From an uncultured Eubacteriales bacterium (GTDB lineage Bacteria > Bacillota > Clostridia > Christensenellales > CAG-138), in assembly GCA_900542615.1 (NCBI GenBank), contig UQOG01000002.1, positions 11,718 through 75,717 on the forward strand: a DNA stretch of 64,000 bases, given 5' to 3'. Below, one piece after another: positions 9,320 to 17,800 of this stretch. Position numbers and translations under genes: made by a program. Within the stretch, counting starts at the first letter, position 1, and each line of letters opens with the position of its first letter. The notes beneath the pieces are model-generated. The model did not search any database. It was not told the DNA's origin and was given only the letters and a program-made list of their open reading frames with translations.

Positions 9320-10464
9320 AAAAAGGCGTATGGCTGGTTTTGGCGTTGGCGCTGCTTTGGCCCTGCAAGGCCATGGCCCTGGAGGCGGAGCTGGAAAGCG
9401 TCCTGGACGCTACCCAGGCCCAATATGATCTGTCCGCCTGGGAGGAACGCTATGGCAGGCTGCCTGAACAGGTACAGGAATTGTGGGGACACGGGGATGT
9501 CAACAGCCTGATCGCCGGCTTTGCCCGGGGCGAGGGCGTGGAAGCAAAGGGCCTGTTGGAGGGGCTGTGGGAGACGGTAAAGGCCACCATCGCCCAGGGG
9601 CTTGGCTCCCTGGCCTCCATTTTGGGCATCGCCCTGCTGACCGGCCTGTTGGACGCCCTTCTGGGGGAAAAGCAAACCAATGTGAAGGAGATCGCCTCCT
9701 TCCTATGCTACGGCGTATGCGTTATGCTCCTTAGCGCCCTGTTGACCGATCAGCTGTCCATGACCGTAGGGGCTATCCAGGAGCTGTGCGGGCTGTTGGA
9801 GACGGTCTCCCCCCTGCTGGTCACCCTGCTGGCCGCCATTGGGGCCACGGCGTCGGCGGGGATGGTGCAGCCTATGTTCGTGCTGCTCAGCGGCACCGTA
9901 GCCAAGGTGGTCCAGGGGGTGTTGCTCCCCGGGGTCATGGGGGCGGGGGTATTGTATATTGTGGGGGCCTTGGCGGGCCGGGAACAGGTGAGCCACCTGG
10001 CGAATACCATCAAGTCCTTCGTCAAGTGGGCCATGGGAGGGATCACCACCATTTTCCTGGGGGCCATGGCCCTGGGGGGGATGAGCGCCGGCGGGGTGGA
10101 CAGCATCAGCTTCCGCACCATGAAGTATACCCTGGATAAATCCCTGCCCCTGGTTGGCGGGGTGGTGGCGGGAAGCCTGGACAGCGTGCGGGGCTGTACC
10201 ATCCTGATCAAGAACGCCGCAGGCATGGCGGGGGTGGTGATGGCCCTGGGTGTGGTGCTGATGCCCTTGCTCCAATTGATGGGCATGAGCCTTGCCTTTC
10301 AGTTGACCGGCGCCCTATGCGCCCAGGTGTCCGACAGCCGGATGCCCAAGATGTTGGCCGGGATGGCGGACATTTGCAGGTATATGTTTGCCTGTGCCGG
10401 CATGGTGGCCCTGATGTTCGTGCTGACCATGGGGCTGGTGGTGGCATTGGGCAGCGGAGGATAG
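9316..10464 (+). CDS. spoIIIAE: stage III sporulation protein AE
   Basis: 382 aa with a signal peptide (MKKGVWLVLALALLWPCKAMA) and multiple TM helices. ATGA overlap with spoIIIAD. Confidence 0.9.
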   Translation: MKKGVWLVLALALLWPCKAMALEAELESVLDATQAQYDLSAWEERYGRLPEQVQELWGHGDVNSLIAGFARGEGVEAKGLLEGLWETVKATIAQGLGSLASILGIALLTGLLDALLGEKQTNVKEIASFLCYGVCVMLLSALLTDQLSMTVGAIQELCGLLETVSPLLVTLLAAIGATASAGMVQPMFVLLSGTVAKVVQGVLLPGVMGAGVLYIVGALAGREQVSHLANTIKSFVKWAMGGITTIFLGAMALGGMSAGGVDSISFRTMKYTLDKSLPLVGGVVAGSLDSVRGCTILIKNAAGMAGVVMALGVVLMPLLQLMGMSLAFQLTGALCAQVSDSRMPKMLAGMADICRYMFACAGMVALMFVLTMGLVVALGSGG

Positions 10465-10468
10465 GCGG

Positions 10469-10645
10469 ATGGGCTGGCTATACGGGATTGTGCTCAAGGT
10501 AAGCGCAGCGGCGGTTTTGCGATGCATCCTGGGATTCCTGCTTCCGGCGGGTTCCCTGCAAAAAAGCGCGGGCCGCGGAATCGACCTGATTCTATTTTGG
10601 ATGTTGGCGGAGGGGATCCTTTCCGCCTGGCAGGAGGCGCCATGA
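10469..10645 (+). CDS. spoIIIAF: SpoIIIAF-like protein, N-terminal membrane segment only (58 aa)
   Basis: Not in the ORF track because it is under 60 aa. ATG 10469 lies 8 nt after a GGAGG SD, and TGA 10643..10645 overlaps the spoIIIAG ATG. The translation is MGWLYGIVLKVSAAAVLRCILGFLLPAGSLQKSAGRGIDLILFWMLAEGILSAWQEAP. LLPAGSLQKSAG resembles LLPSSSMQKYAK of B. subtilis SpoIIIAF, recalled from memory. Confidence 0.55.
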   Translation: MGWLYGIVLKVSAAAVLRCILGFLLPAGSLQKSAGRGIDLILFWMLAEGILSAWQEAP

Positions 10646-11226
10646 AGGAGTGGAAGGCTGTGACAGAACCCCTGGGCCGCTTGGCCGCCCGGATGAAACA
10701 GGATAAGCGAATCGAGCTGGCGGTCTATGTGCTGCTGGCCGCCCTGGGCATTTTGGTGTACACCGCGTCCTGCGGCAAGGAGCCGGAGGCGGCCGTTCAG
10801 ACGAGCCTTGTGGAGGCCCCGGCGGAAACCGCTGTGGAGGAACGGCTGGAGGAGGTTCTATCCTGCATCCGGGGGGCGGGGAAGGTGCGGGTGATGATCA
10901 CCTACGATACCGGCGCCCAGGTGGTGCCGGCCATGCGGACGGAGGTGCAGAGCAGCACCCAGGAAAGCGCGGGCTCAGATACGAGCAGCGTCCATGAGGA
11001 CCGCACCGAGGTATCCGCGCCCGCCACCCTCAACGACGAGGCCCTGGTGCTGACGGAAAAGACGCCGGCCGTGCGGGGGGTGATCGTGATTGCGGAGGGA
11101 GCGGCGGACATTGCGGTGAAGCTGCGGCTGCAAAGCGCGGTGCAGACGGTGTTGGGGATCGACCCGGGGTGCATCGAGGTGTTTGAAATGAGCCGGCCGG
11201 CTTATGAAGAAGGAGGGGAAGGATGA
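10642..11226 (+). CDS. spoIIIAG: stage III sporulation protein AG
   Basis: Starts MKEWK, with one TM helix. The C-terminal ring-building domain reads VRVMITYDTG...VRGVIVIAEGAADIAVKLRLQSAVQTVLGIDPGCIEVFEM. Confidence 0.85.
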   Translation: MKEWKAVTEPLGRLAARMKQDKRIELAVYVLLAALGILVYTASCGKEPEAAVQTSLVEAPAETAVEERLEEVLSCIRGAGKVRVMITYDTGAQVVPAMRTEVQSSTQESAGSDTSSVHEDRTEVSAPATLNDEALVLTEKTPAVRGVIVIAEGAADIAVKLRLQSAVQTVLGIDPGCIEVFEMSRPAYEEGGEG

Positions 11227-11762
11227 AGATGAAAGAGAAGGGTTTTATCAGAAAATATGCGGTATTGCTGGTGGCGGGGGCCCTGCTGGTGGGGGCGGTG
11301 GTGTTGAATATCCGGCTCAACCGGCAGGCGGATCCCGTTGCGGAGGATGCGGAAGCCGCCTGGGATATGGAGCAAGCGGCGGCGGACGAAGCGGAGATGG
11401 AGCAGGCGGAAACGGATTATTTTGCCGCCTTCCGGGCAGAGCGGGACGCGGTAAGGGCGACGGAGATCGAATATTTGGACGAGGTGATCGCCGTATCCTA
11501 CAGCGACGCCGAAACCCTGGCGGACGCCCAGGCCCAGAAGCTGGCCTTGGTGGAGAACATGGAGGCGGAATTCACCATCGAGAACCTGCTGCGGGCCAAA
11601 GGCTTTTCGGATGCGGCGGTCACCTTCCATAAGGGCTCGGTGAACGTGGTGGTGGATTGTCCGCAGCTGAGCAGCGAGCAGGTGGCCCAGATCCTGGATG
11701 TGGTGACCAGGGAAACCGGGGAAAGCGCGGATAATATCAAGATCCTGTCCGAAGCCCAGTAA
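11223..11762 (+). CDS. spoIIIAH: stage III sporulation protein AH
   Basis: 179 aa with an N-terminal TM helix, an acidic linker and a C-terminal domain (TIENLLRAKGFSDAAVTFHKGSVNVVV). Last gene of the operon, with an ATGA overlap with AG. Confidence 0.8.
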   Translation: MKMKEKGFIRKYAVLLVAGALLVGAVVLNIRLNRQADPVAEDAEAAWDMEQAAADEAEMEQAETDYFAAFRAERDAVRATEIEYLDEVIAVSYSDAETLADAQAQKLALVENMEAEFTIENLLRAKGFSDAAVTFHKGSVNVVVDCPQLSSEQVAQILDVVTRETGESADNIKILSEAQ

Positions 11763-11866
11763 AAGATGTACAAATTGAAAATAAAACGGGAACAAAGGCA
11801 ATTGTGTTTGCAGGGCTGGGAAAATCTGATATAATATACGAAAGATCAACGCAAGGAGGCAATACC

Positions 11867-12289
11867 ATGGCATCTGACAAGAGCATCAGCACCGATGTGA
11901 CCGCCATCGAGGGCGGCAAGATTATATTTGCGCCGGACGTAATCGCAACCATTGCCAACCTGGCCGCCAGCGAAGTGGAAGGTGTTGAAAACCTAAGCGG
12001 CACGGTAGCCGAGAGCATCAGCGGAATGCTGGGCGGCAAAAAAAGCCTCACCAAGGGGATCCGGGTGGATTTCACCGAGGAAAATGTTACCATCGACATC
12101 AGCGTGGTGGTGAAATATGGCTTTAAGATCCACGAGGTATGCCAGAACATCCAGAAAAAGGTCAAGGCTACCATCGAAAACATGACGGGCCTCACCGTAT
12201 CCACCATCAATGTGGCCGTCCAATCCATCAGCTTTGAGAAGCCGGAAAAGACCGCCACGGTTTCCGTGACGGAAAAGCCCGAGGCATAA
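11867..12289 (+). CDS. Asp23/Gls24-family alkaline shock protein
   Basis: Contains GKIIFAPDVIATIANLAASEVEGVENLSG...RVDFTEENVTIDISVVVKYGFKIHEVCQNIQKKV. ATG 11867 with an AAGGAGG SD. Confidence 0.85.
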   Translation: MASDKSISTDVTAIEGGKIIFAPDVIATIANLAASEVEGVENLSGTVAESISGMLGGKKSLTKGIRVDFTEENVTIDISVVVKYGFKIHEVCQNIQKKVKATIENMTGLTVSTINVAVQSISFEKPEKTATVSVTEKPEA

Positions 12290-12406
12290 GGCATAATGAT
12301 TTTTTGCCCGGATGAATCACCCGCAGTATCTGGCGATCGGGTCTAGCCTGATCGCCCTTTGGCGTGTTGTTCCGGGCCGTTTCATGAACAGAAAGGACGT
12401 GTTCCC

Positions 12407-12982
12407 ATGAAGCCAAGCTTTTTCCATCGATTCCTATTGGTTATTCTGACCTTGGTGGGCATGATTGCGGGCCTGCTGCTGGTGGTTATGGCAACGGGGC
12501 TGTATCCGCTGCATACCCTGTGGGCGGCAATCGACGCCTATCAGGCGCAGTTGGGCGCGATGAACTTTGCCCTGGTCATGGGCGGGGTCGGCTTGGTGGT
12601 GTTCCTGGTGTCCCTGGTGGTCCTGGCCGGGTTTACCCGGGGCCCCAAGGAGCCTGCGCAAGCGCCGGTCACCGCCGCCCTGGTGTCCGCCGGGGATTAT
12701 GGCACCACCCAAATTTCCCTCTCCGCCATCGACGCCATGGTGCAGCGCCATTGTAAGGCAAACGTGAAGATTCGGGAGGTTACCAGCGTGATCTCCTTGC
12801 AGGAAGGCGGCGTCGGGATCCAGCTGAAACTATCCCTGCTCAACGACGCCAATATCCCGGAAACCACCGAAGCCCTTCGCACCTCCCTGCGGGAGAACAT
12901 CGAAAGCCTAACCGGCATTCAGGTGCGGGATGTGAGCATTATGGTGGTCAATACCCCTGCCCAGCAGGGAAGCCAGAAATAA
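12407..12982 (+). CDS. amaP: alkaline shock response membrane anchor protein AmaP-like
   Basis: Two N-terminal TM helices plus a soluble domain. It sits directly downstream of the Asp23 gene, as in the asp23-amaP-DUF2273 triad. Start ATG 12407. Confidence 0.6.
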   Translation: MKPSFFHRFLLVILTLVGMIAGLLLVVMATGLYPLHTLWAAIDAYQAQLGAMNFALVMGGVGLVVFLVSLVVLAGFTRGPKEPAQAPVTAALVSAGDYGTTQISLSAIDAMVQRHCKANVKIREVTSVISLQEGGVGIQLKLSLLNDANIPETTEALRTSLRENIESLTGIQVRDVSIMVVNTPAQQGSQK

Positions 12983-12996
12983 GCCGGAGGTAGGGT

Positions 12997-13221
12997 ATGC
13001 ATAAAAACGAACTCCTGGCATTTATCATGCAGCACAAGTGGCAGATCTTAGGCGCGCTGGGGGGGCTGTTGTTCTGTATCCTGGTGTTTGTGATCAACTT
13101 CTGGCGTACGCTGTTCCTGTTTGCGGTGGTGGCGGCCCTGTCGTTTATCGGCGCCCTGCTGGACGAAGGCGGCATCGAACGGGTACAGGAATTTTTCAGC
13201 CGGTTATTCAGAAAGAAATAA
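12997..13221 (+). CDS. DUF2273 small integral membrane protein
   Basis: 74 aa with two TM helices (GALGGLLFCILVFVINFWRTLFLFAVVAALSFIGALL). Third member of the Asp23 triad. Confidence 0.7.
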   Translation: MHKNELLAFIMQHKWQILGALGGLLFCILVFVINFWRTLFLFAVVAALSFIGALLDEGGIERVQEFFSRLFRKK

Positions 13222-13239
13222 AGACGGAGAATAGAGACC

Positions 13240-13659
13240 ATGAGCAGAAAGACAGCCCGCGAAGTGGCGATGAAGCTGGCCTTTGCAAGCCTGTTCGGGG
13301 GCGAGGATACCTATGAGGCGGTGCTGGACAAGTCCGGCATCCAGGAGACCCCCTCCCAAGAGGATCTGGCCTTTTCCCAGGCGGTGCTGGCGGGCATTGA
13401 AGCCAACAGCGCCCAGATCGACCAAATCATCGAGGAGCTGGCCGTAGGCTGGCGGATCGGCCGTATGCCCCGGGTGGACCTTTCCATCCTGCGGGTGGCC
13501 ATCTACGAGATGCTGTACCGGAAGGATATCCCTTGCAGCGTCTCCATCAATGAGGCGGTGGAGCTGGCCAAAGCCTTTGGGGGCGAGCGATCCCCCGCAT
13601 ATATCAACGGAATGCTGGGTACGCTGGCCAAGCGCCTGGAAGGCGGGGAGGCCTCCTGA
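13240..13659 (+). CDS. nusB: transcription antitermination factor NusB
   Basis: 139 aa: MSRKTAREVAMKLAFA...RMPRVDLSILRVAIYEML...VSINEAVELAKAFGGERSPAYINGMLG. Confidence 0.9.
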   Translation: MSRKTAREVAMKLAFASLFGGEDTYEAVLDKSGIQETPSQEDLAFSQAVLAGIEANSAQIDQIIEELAVGWRIGRMPRVDLSILRVAIYEMLYRKDIPCSVSINEAVELAKAFGGERSPAYINGMLGTLAKRLEGGEAS

Positions 13660-14618
13660 TGGGCCTGTTTCTTGGAATCGATACAAGCTGCTATACCACT
13701 TCCGTGGCATGTGTGGATGAAAGGGGCATCGTCTATGAAAAACGGACGGTGCTTTCTGTCAAGTTGGGCCAAAGGGGCCTGCGGCAAAGCGAGGGCTTGT
13801 TCCAGCACGTGCGGAACCTGGAGAGCCTGCTGCCCGCCATGCTTTCCGCTCTGGACTGCAGCCGGATCCAGGGGATTGGCGTCAGCAGCCGGCCACGGCC
13901 CGAGGCAGATTCCTATATGCCGGTGTTTTTGGCGGGCCGCATGGCCGCCGCTTCCCTGGGGGCCGGGCTGGGTCTGACGCCCTATCATACCTCCCATCAG
14001 CAGGGGCATGTGCGGGCGGCGCTGCAGGGGAACGAAGCCCTGCTCCAGCAGCTGCCCATCCTGGGGATGCATATCTCTGGGGGCACCACGGAGATCTTTA
14101 CCGTGGGGGAAGGGTTGTCCATCCGCCTGCTGGGGGGCACGGAGGACCTGCACGCGGGCCAGCTGGTGGACCGGCTGGGGGTAGCCATGGGGCTGCCCTT
14201 TCCCGCGGGGCCGCATTTGGAAGCGGCTGCCCGGGCGGCCGGGACCACCAACATCAAGCTACCGGCCAGCGTACGGGAGCTGCGGTGCTCCTTTTCCGGG
14301 GTGGAAACCGCAGCCAGGTCCCTATTGGGCAAGGCCCAGATGGGGGAACTGGCCCTGGCGGTATACGACTGCCTGGCCCGGACCTTTGCCAAGCTCATGG
14401 TCCAGGCCGGGGAAAAGACGGGGCTGAACCGGGTGCTGCTGGCGGGGGGCGTGGCCTCCAGCGGGCTGCTGCGGGAGATGCTGCAGGAGCGGCTGGAGAA
14501 AGCCAACATGCAGCTGTACTTTGGGGATCCATCCCTGAGTACGGACAACGCCGTGGGGGTGGCCCTGCTGACCCGGGACCGGCGTTTACAGGAGGCGAAC
14601 GGATGGGACAGATCTTAG
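13659..14618 (+). CDS. Kae1/TsaD-like (ASKHA, peptidase M22 family) protein
   Basis: Contains LGIDTSCYTTSVA, the HTSHQQGHV metal motif, GMHISGGTTE and LLAGGVASS. About 320 aa. Overlaps the folD start by 16 nt. Confidence 0.65.
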   Translation: MGLFLGIDTSCYTTSVACVDERGIVYEKRTVLSVKLGQRGLRQSEGLFQHVRNLESLLPAMLSALDCSRIQGIGVSSRPRPEADSYMPVFLAGRMAAASLGAGLGLTPYHTSHQQGHVRAALQGNEALLQQLPILGMHISGGTTEIFTVGEGLSIRLLGGTEDLHAGQLVDRLGVAMGLPFPAGPHLEAAARAAGTTNIKLPASVRELRCSFSGVETAARSLLGKAQMGELALAVYDCLARTFAKLMVQAGEKTGLNRVLLAGGVASSGLLREMLQERLEKANMQLYFGDPSLSTDNAVGVALLTRDRRLQEANGWDRS

Positions 14619-15472
14619 ATGGAAAGGCCCTCGCACAGACCCTTTGCGAGGATATCAAAAAACGGGCGGACGCCCTGAAGGCCCAGGGGGTCGCCCCGAA
14701 GCTGGCGGTGATCCTGGTGGGGGAGGACCCGGCGTCCCAGCTGTACGTCCGCTCCAAGGGGAAGCGGGCGGCGGAATTGGGCATCCTTGCGGAGCAGTAC
14801 ACCTATCCTGCGACCCTTTCGGAGGCGGAGCTCCTGGACAGGATCCGGCAGCTTAACCAGGACGATACCGTCCACGGGATCCTGGTGCAGCTGCCCCTGC
14901 CCGGCCATCTGGATCCGGATCAGGTGATCGCCTGCATCGACCCCAACAAGGATGTGGATGGGTTCCATCCGCAAAACGCCGGCGCCCTGCTGAGCGGCCA
15001 GCCGGGCTTTGTGCCCTGCACCCCCAAGGGGATACTGGCGCTGGTGAAAAGCACGGGGCTTCCCATTCGCGGGAAGCGGTGCGTGGTGGTGGGCCGAAGC
15101 AACATCGTAGGCAAGCCCGCGGCCCTGCTGATGCTAAGGGAGGACGCCACGGTGACCATTTGCCATTCCCGGACAGAGGGGCTGGGCGCCATCACCCGGG
15201 AAGCGGATATCCTGATCGCCGCGGTGGGCAAGGCAGGATTGATCACGGCGGATATGATCAAGGAGGGCGCCATCGTCATCGACGTGGGCCAGGTGCGAAT
15301 CCAGGGGAAATGGCAGGGGGATGTGGACTTTGGCCCGGCGCTGGAAAAGGCGGCGTATATCACCCCGGTCCCCGGGGGCGTGGGCCCCATGACCATCGCC
15401 ATGCTGATGGACAATACGGTGGAATCCGCCCAAAGGGCGCTGCAAGGCCGCTCGTCATATGGAAGCAACTAA
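14603..15472 (+). CDS. folD: bifunctional methylenetetrahydrofolate dehydrogenase/cyclohydrolase FolD
   Basis: Contains MGQILDGKALAQ...LAVILVGEDPASQLYVRSK...HGILVQLPLP...GFVPCTPKG...VVVGRSNIVGKP...PVPGGVGPMT. Start ATG 14603, internal to the longer track ORF. Confidence 0.9.
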   Translation: MGQILDGKALAQTLCEDIKKRADALKAQGVAPKLAVILVGEDPASQLYVRSKGKRAAELGILAEQYTYPATLSEAELLDRIRQLNQDDTVHGILVQLPLPGHLDPDQVIACIDPNKDVDGFHPQNAGALLSGQPGFVPCTPKGILALVKSTGLPIRGKRCVVVGRSNIVGKPAALLMLREDATVTICHSRTEGLGAITREADILIAAVGKAGLITADMIKEGAIVIDVGQVRIQGKWQGDVDFGPALEKAAYITPVPGGVGPMTIAMLMDNTVESAQRALQGRSSYGSN

Positions 15473-16709
15473 CGGCTATATCCTGGGGGTATCCCAGCTA
15501 AACGAATACGTCAACAACCTGCTGCGCCGGGACGGCCTGTTACAGGGCTTGCAGGTCCGGGGGGAGATCAGCGGCTTTAAGCGGCATAGCTCCGGCCACC
15601 TGTATTTTTCCCTGAAGGACGAGGCCGCCTTGGTTCGGTGCGTCATGTTCCGGCAGTACGCCTTTTCCCTGTCCCCCCTGCCAAAGGACGGGGAAACGGT
15701 CACCGTAACGGGCAGCGTTTCCCTCTATGTGAAGGATGGGCAATATCAGCTGTATGTCACCAGGCTCCAGCGGGAGGGCCAGGGGAATCTATACGCACGG
15801 TTCCTGGCCAGCAAAGCGGCTTTGGAGGCGGAGGGCCTTTTCGATCCGGCCCATAAGAAGCCCATTCCCCGCTTGCCCCGCTGCGTAGGGGTGGTTACGT
15901 CCCCAACCGGGGCGGCCATCCAGGATATTTTCCAGATCACCCGGCGCAGGTTTCCGGGCATGGGCCTTTTACTCTACCCTGTCAAGGTGCAGGGGGAGGG
16001 CGCGGCCGAGCAGATCGCCAAGGCCATCCAATGGATGGACGCCCACAAGGCGGCGGACGTGCTGATCGTGGGCCGGGGCGGCGGCAGCTTGGAGGACCTG
16101 TGGGCCTTCAATGAGGAGTGCGTGGCCCGGGCCATCTATGCGTGCACCATCCCCATCGTGAGCGCGGTGGGCCATGAAACGGATGTTTCCATTGCGGATT
16201 TTGTGGCGGACCTGCGGGCGCCGACCCCCAGCGCGGCGGCGGAGCTGTGCGTGCCGGAGTACGACAGGCTGATGGGGGATATCGAAGGGACGGAACAGGC
16301 CCTGGGCCGGTTTTGCCGGGAACGGGTGGAGCGGCTACGAAAGGAGCTGGAGGCTTTGGGGCAGTCGGCCGCCTTTACCAGGCCGGGCCATTGCCTGGCC
16401 CTGTTGGAGAAGGAGCTGGCGCAGCAGGCGGACAGGATGCAAAATAGCCTGCGCCATAGCCTCGCCGGGGCCCAGGCCGGATTGGACGCCTGCAAAGCCA
16501 GGCTGGACGAGCTGGATCCTCGCAGGGTGCTGGGCCGGGGCTATGCCATGGTCCAGGTGGCGGGGGGATACGCGGGCAGCATCCGGGCGTTGCGGCCCGG
16601 CATGGAGGCCGGGCTCATCCTGGGGGATGGCCGGGCGGATATTTTGATTGAACAGGTGGAGGAGCAAAAGGCGTATGGCGGCCGCGAAGAAGAAGGAACT
16701 CACGTTTGA
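15459..16709 (+). CDS. xseA: exodeoxyribonuclease VII large subunit
   Basis: 416 aa with an OB-fold N-terminus (VSQLNEYVNNLL...GEISGFKRHSSGHLYFSLKD) and the catalytic region (IVGRGGGSLEDLWAFNEE, AVGHETD). Confidence 0.9.
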   Translation: MEATNGYILGVSQLNEYVNNLLRRDGLLQGLQVRGEISGFKRHSSGHLYFSLKDEAALVRCVMFRQYAFSLSPLPKDGETVTVTGSVSLYVKDGQYQLYVTRLQREGQGNLYARFLASKAALEAEGLFDPAHKKPIPRLPRCVGVVTSPTGAAIQDIFQITRRRFPGMGLLLYPVKVQGEGAAEQIAKAIQWMDAHKAADVLIVGRGGGSLEDLWAFNEECVARAIYACTIPIVSAVGHETDVSIADFVADLRAPTPSAAAELCVPEYDRLMGDIEGTEQALGRFCRERVERLRKELEALGQSAAFTRPGHCLALLEKELAQQADRMQNSLRHSLAGAQAGLDACKARLDELDPRRVLGRGYAMVQVAGGYAGSIRALRPGMEAGLILGDGRADILIEQVEEQKAYGGREEEGTHV

Positions 16710-16899
16710 GCAGGCGAAGGAAAAGCTGGATGCCATTGTGGAAAAGCTGGGGGCGGGGAATTTGTCCCTGGACGAGATGGTAAAACTATATGAGGAAGGC
16801 ATGATCCTTACGGATCATTGCCGCAAGCTGTTGGAAGGCTATGAAGGACGGCTGATGCAGGTAAACGCTAGGATGCAGATCGAGGAGATCCAGGAATGA
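16675..16899 (+). CDS. xseB: exodeoxyribonuclease VII small subunit
   Basis: LTFEQAKEKLDAIVEKLGAGNLSLDEMVKLYEEGMILTDHCRKLLE. ATG 16675 overlaps the xseA end. Confidence 0.85.
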   Translation: MAAAKKKELTFEQAKEKLDAIVEKLGAGNLSLDEMVKLYEEGMILTDHCRKLLEGYEGRLMQVNARMQIEEIQE

Positions 16900-17783
16900 G
16901 CTATCGGGAATCCGTGGAAAGATACCGGGCGCTAACGGCCCGCACGTTGGAAGAATATATGAACAATCCCTACATCCCAAAGGGCTTGCTAACGGCCATG
17001 TCCTACAGCCTGTACAATGGCGGCAAGCGGCTGCGGCCCTGCCTGACCCTGGCGGTATGCGAGATGCTGGGCGGGGATGTGGAGGACGCCCTGCCGGTTG
17101 CCTGCGCCCTGGAGATGATCCATACCTATTCCCTGATCCACGACGATTTGCCCGCCATGGACGATGATGATTTCCGCCGGGGCAAGCCCTCCAATCACAA
17201 GGTGTTTGGCGAGGGGATGGCCGTGCTGGCCGGGGACGGGCTGCTGTCCTATGCCTTTGAGGTGATGCTCAGCGCCTTGGCCCTCCACGGGGATAACCCG
17301 GGGTATTTGGAAGCGATCCGGTCCGTGGCGGGGGGCGCAGGGGTATGCGGCATGGTGGCAGGCCAGGCGGTGGATCTGGAATCCGAAGGGGATGAGACCG
17401 CCGGCGCGGACAGGCTGCAATACATCCACGCCAGAAAGACCGGGGCCATCATCAAGGCTGCGGCTTTGGCGGGCGCCCACATCGCCAATGCGGATGCCCG
17501 GCAGCTGCACGCCATCAGCGAGTTTGGGTCCCTGTACGGCCTCCTGTTCCAGATCACGGACGATATCCTGGACGTGGAGGGGGACTTTGCGGCTATGGGC
17601 AAGACCCTAGGCAAGGATCAGGAATCCCACAAGCTGACCTATGTGAACCTGTACGGCTTAAAGGCGGCCAAGCAGATGGCGGAGGAGACCGCCCAAAAGG
17701 CTAGAAGCGCGGTGGCTTGCTTCGGCTCCGGCGCAAACTATTTGACGGAGCTTGTGGATATTACCCTGGAACGAAAGCATTGA
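16896..17783 (+). CDS. ispA: polyprenyl (farnesyl/geranylgeranyl) diphosphate synthase
   Basis: First aspartate-rich motif LIHDDLPAMDDDDFRRG and second motif FQITDDILD. 295 aa. Confidence 0.85.
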   Translation: MSYRESVERYRALTARTLEEYMNNPYIPKGLLTAMSYSLYNGGKRLRPCLTLAVCEMLGGDVEDALPVACALEMIHTYSLIHDDLPAMDDDDFRRGKPSNHKVFGEGMAVLAGDGLLSYAFEVMLSALALHGDNPGYLEAIRSVAGGAGVCGMVAGQAVDLESEGDETAGADRLQYIHARKTGAIIKAAALAGAHIANADARQLHAISEFGSLYGLLFQITDDILDVEGDFAAMGKTLGKDQESHKLTYVNLYGLKAAKQMAEETAQKARSAVACFGSGANYLTELVDITLERKH

Positions 17784-17800
17784 CGGAGGGCTGGATAAAC

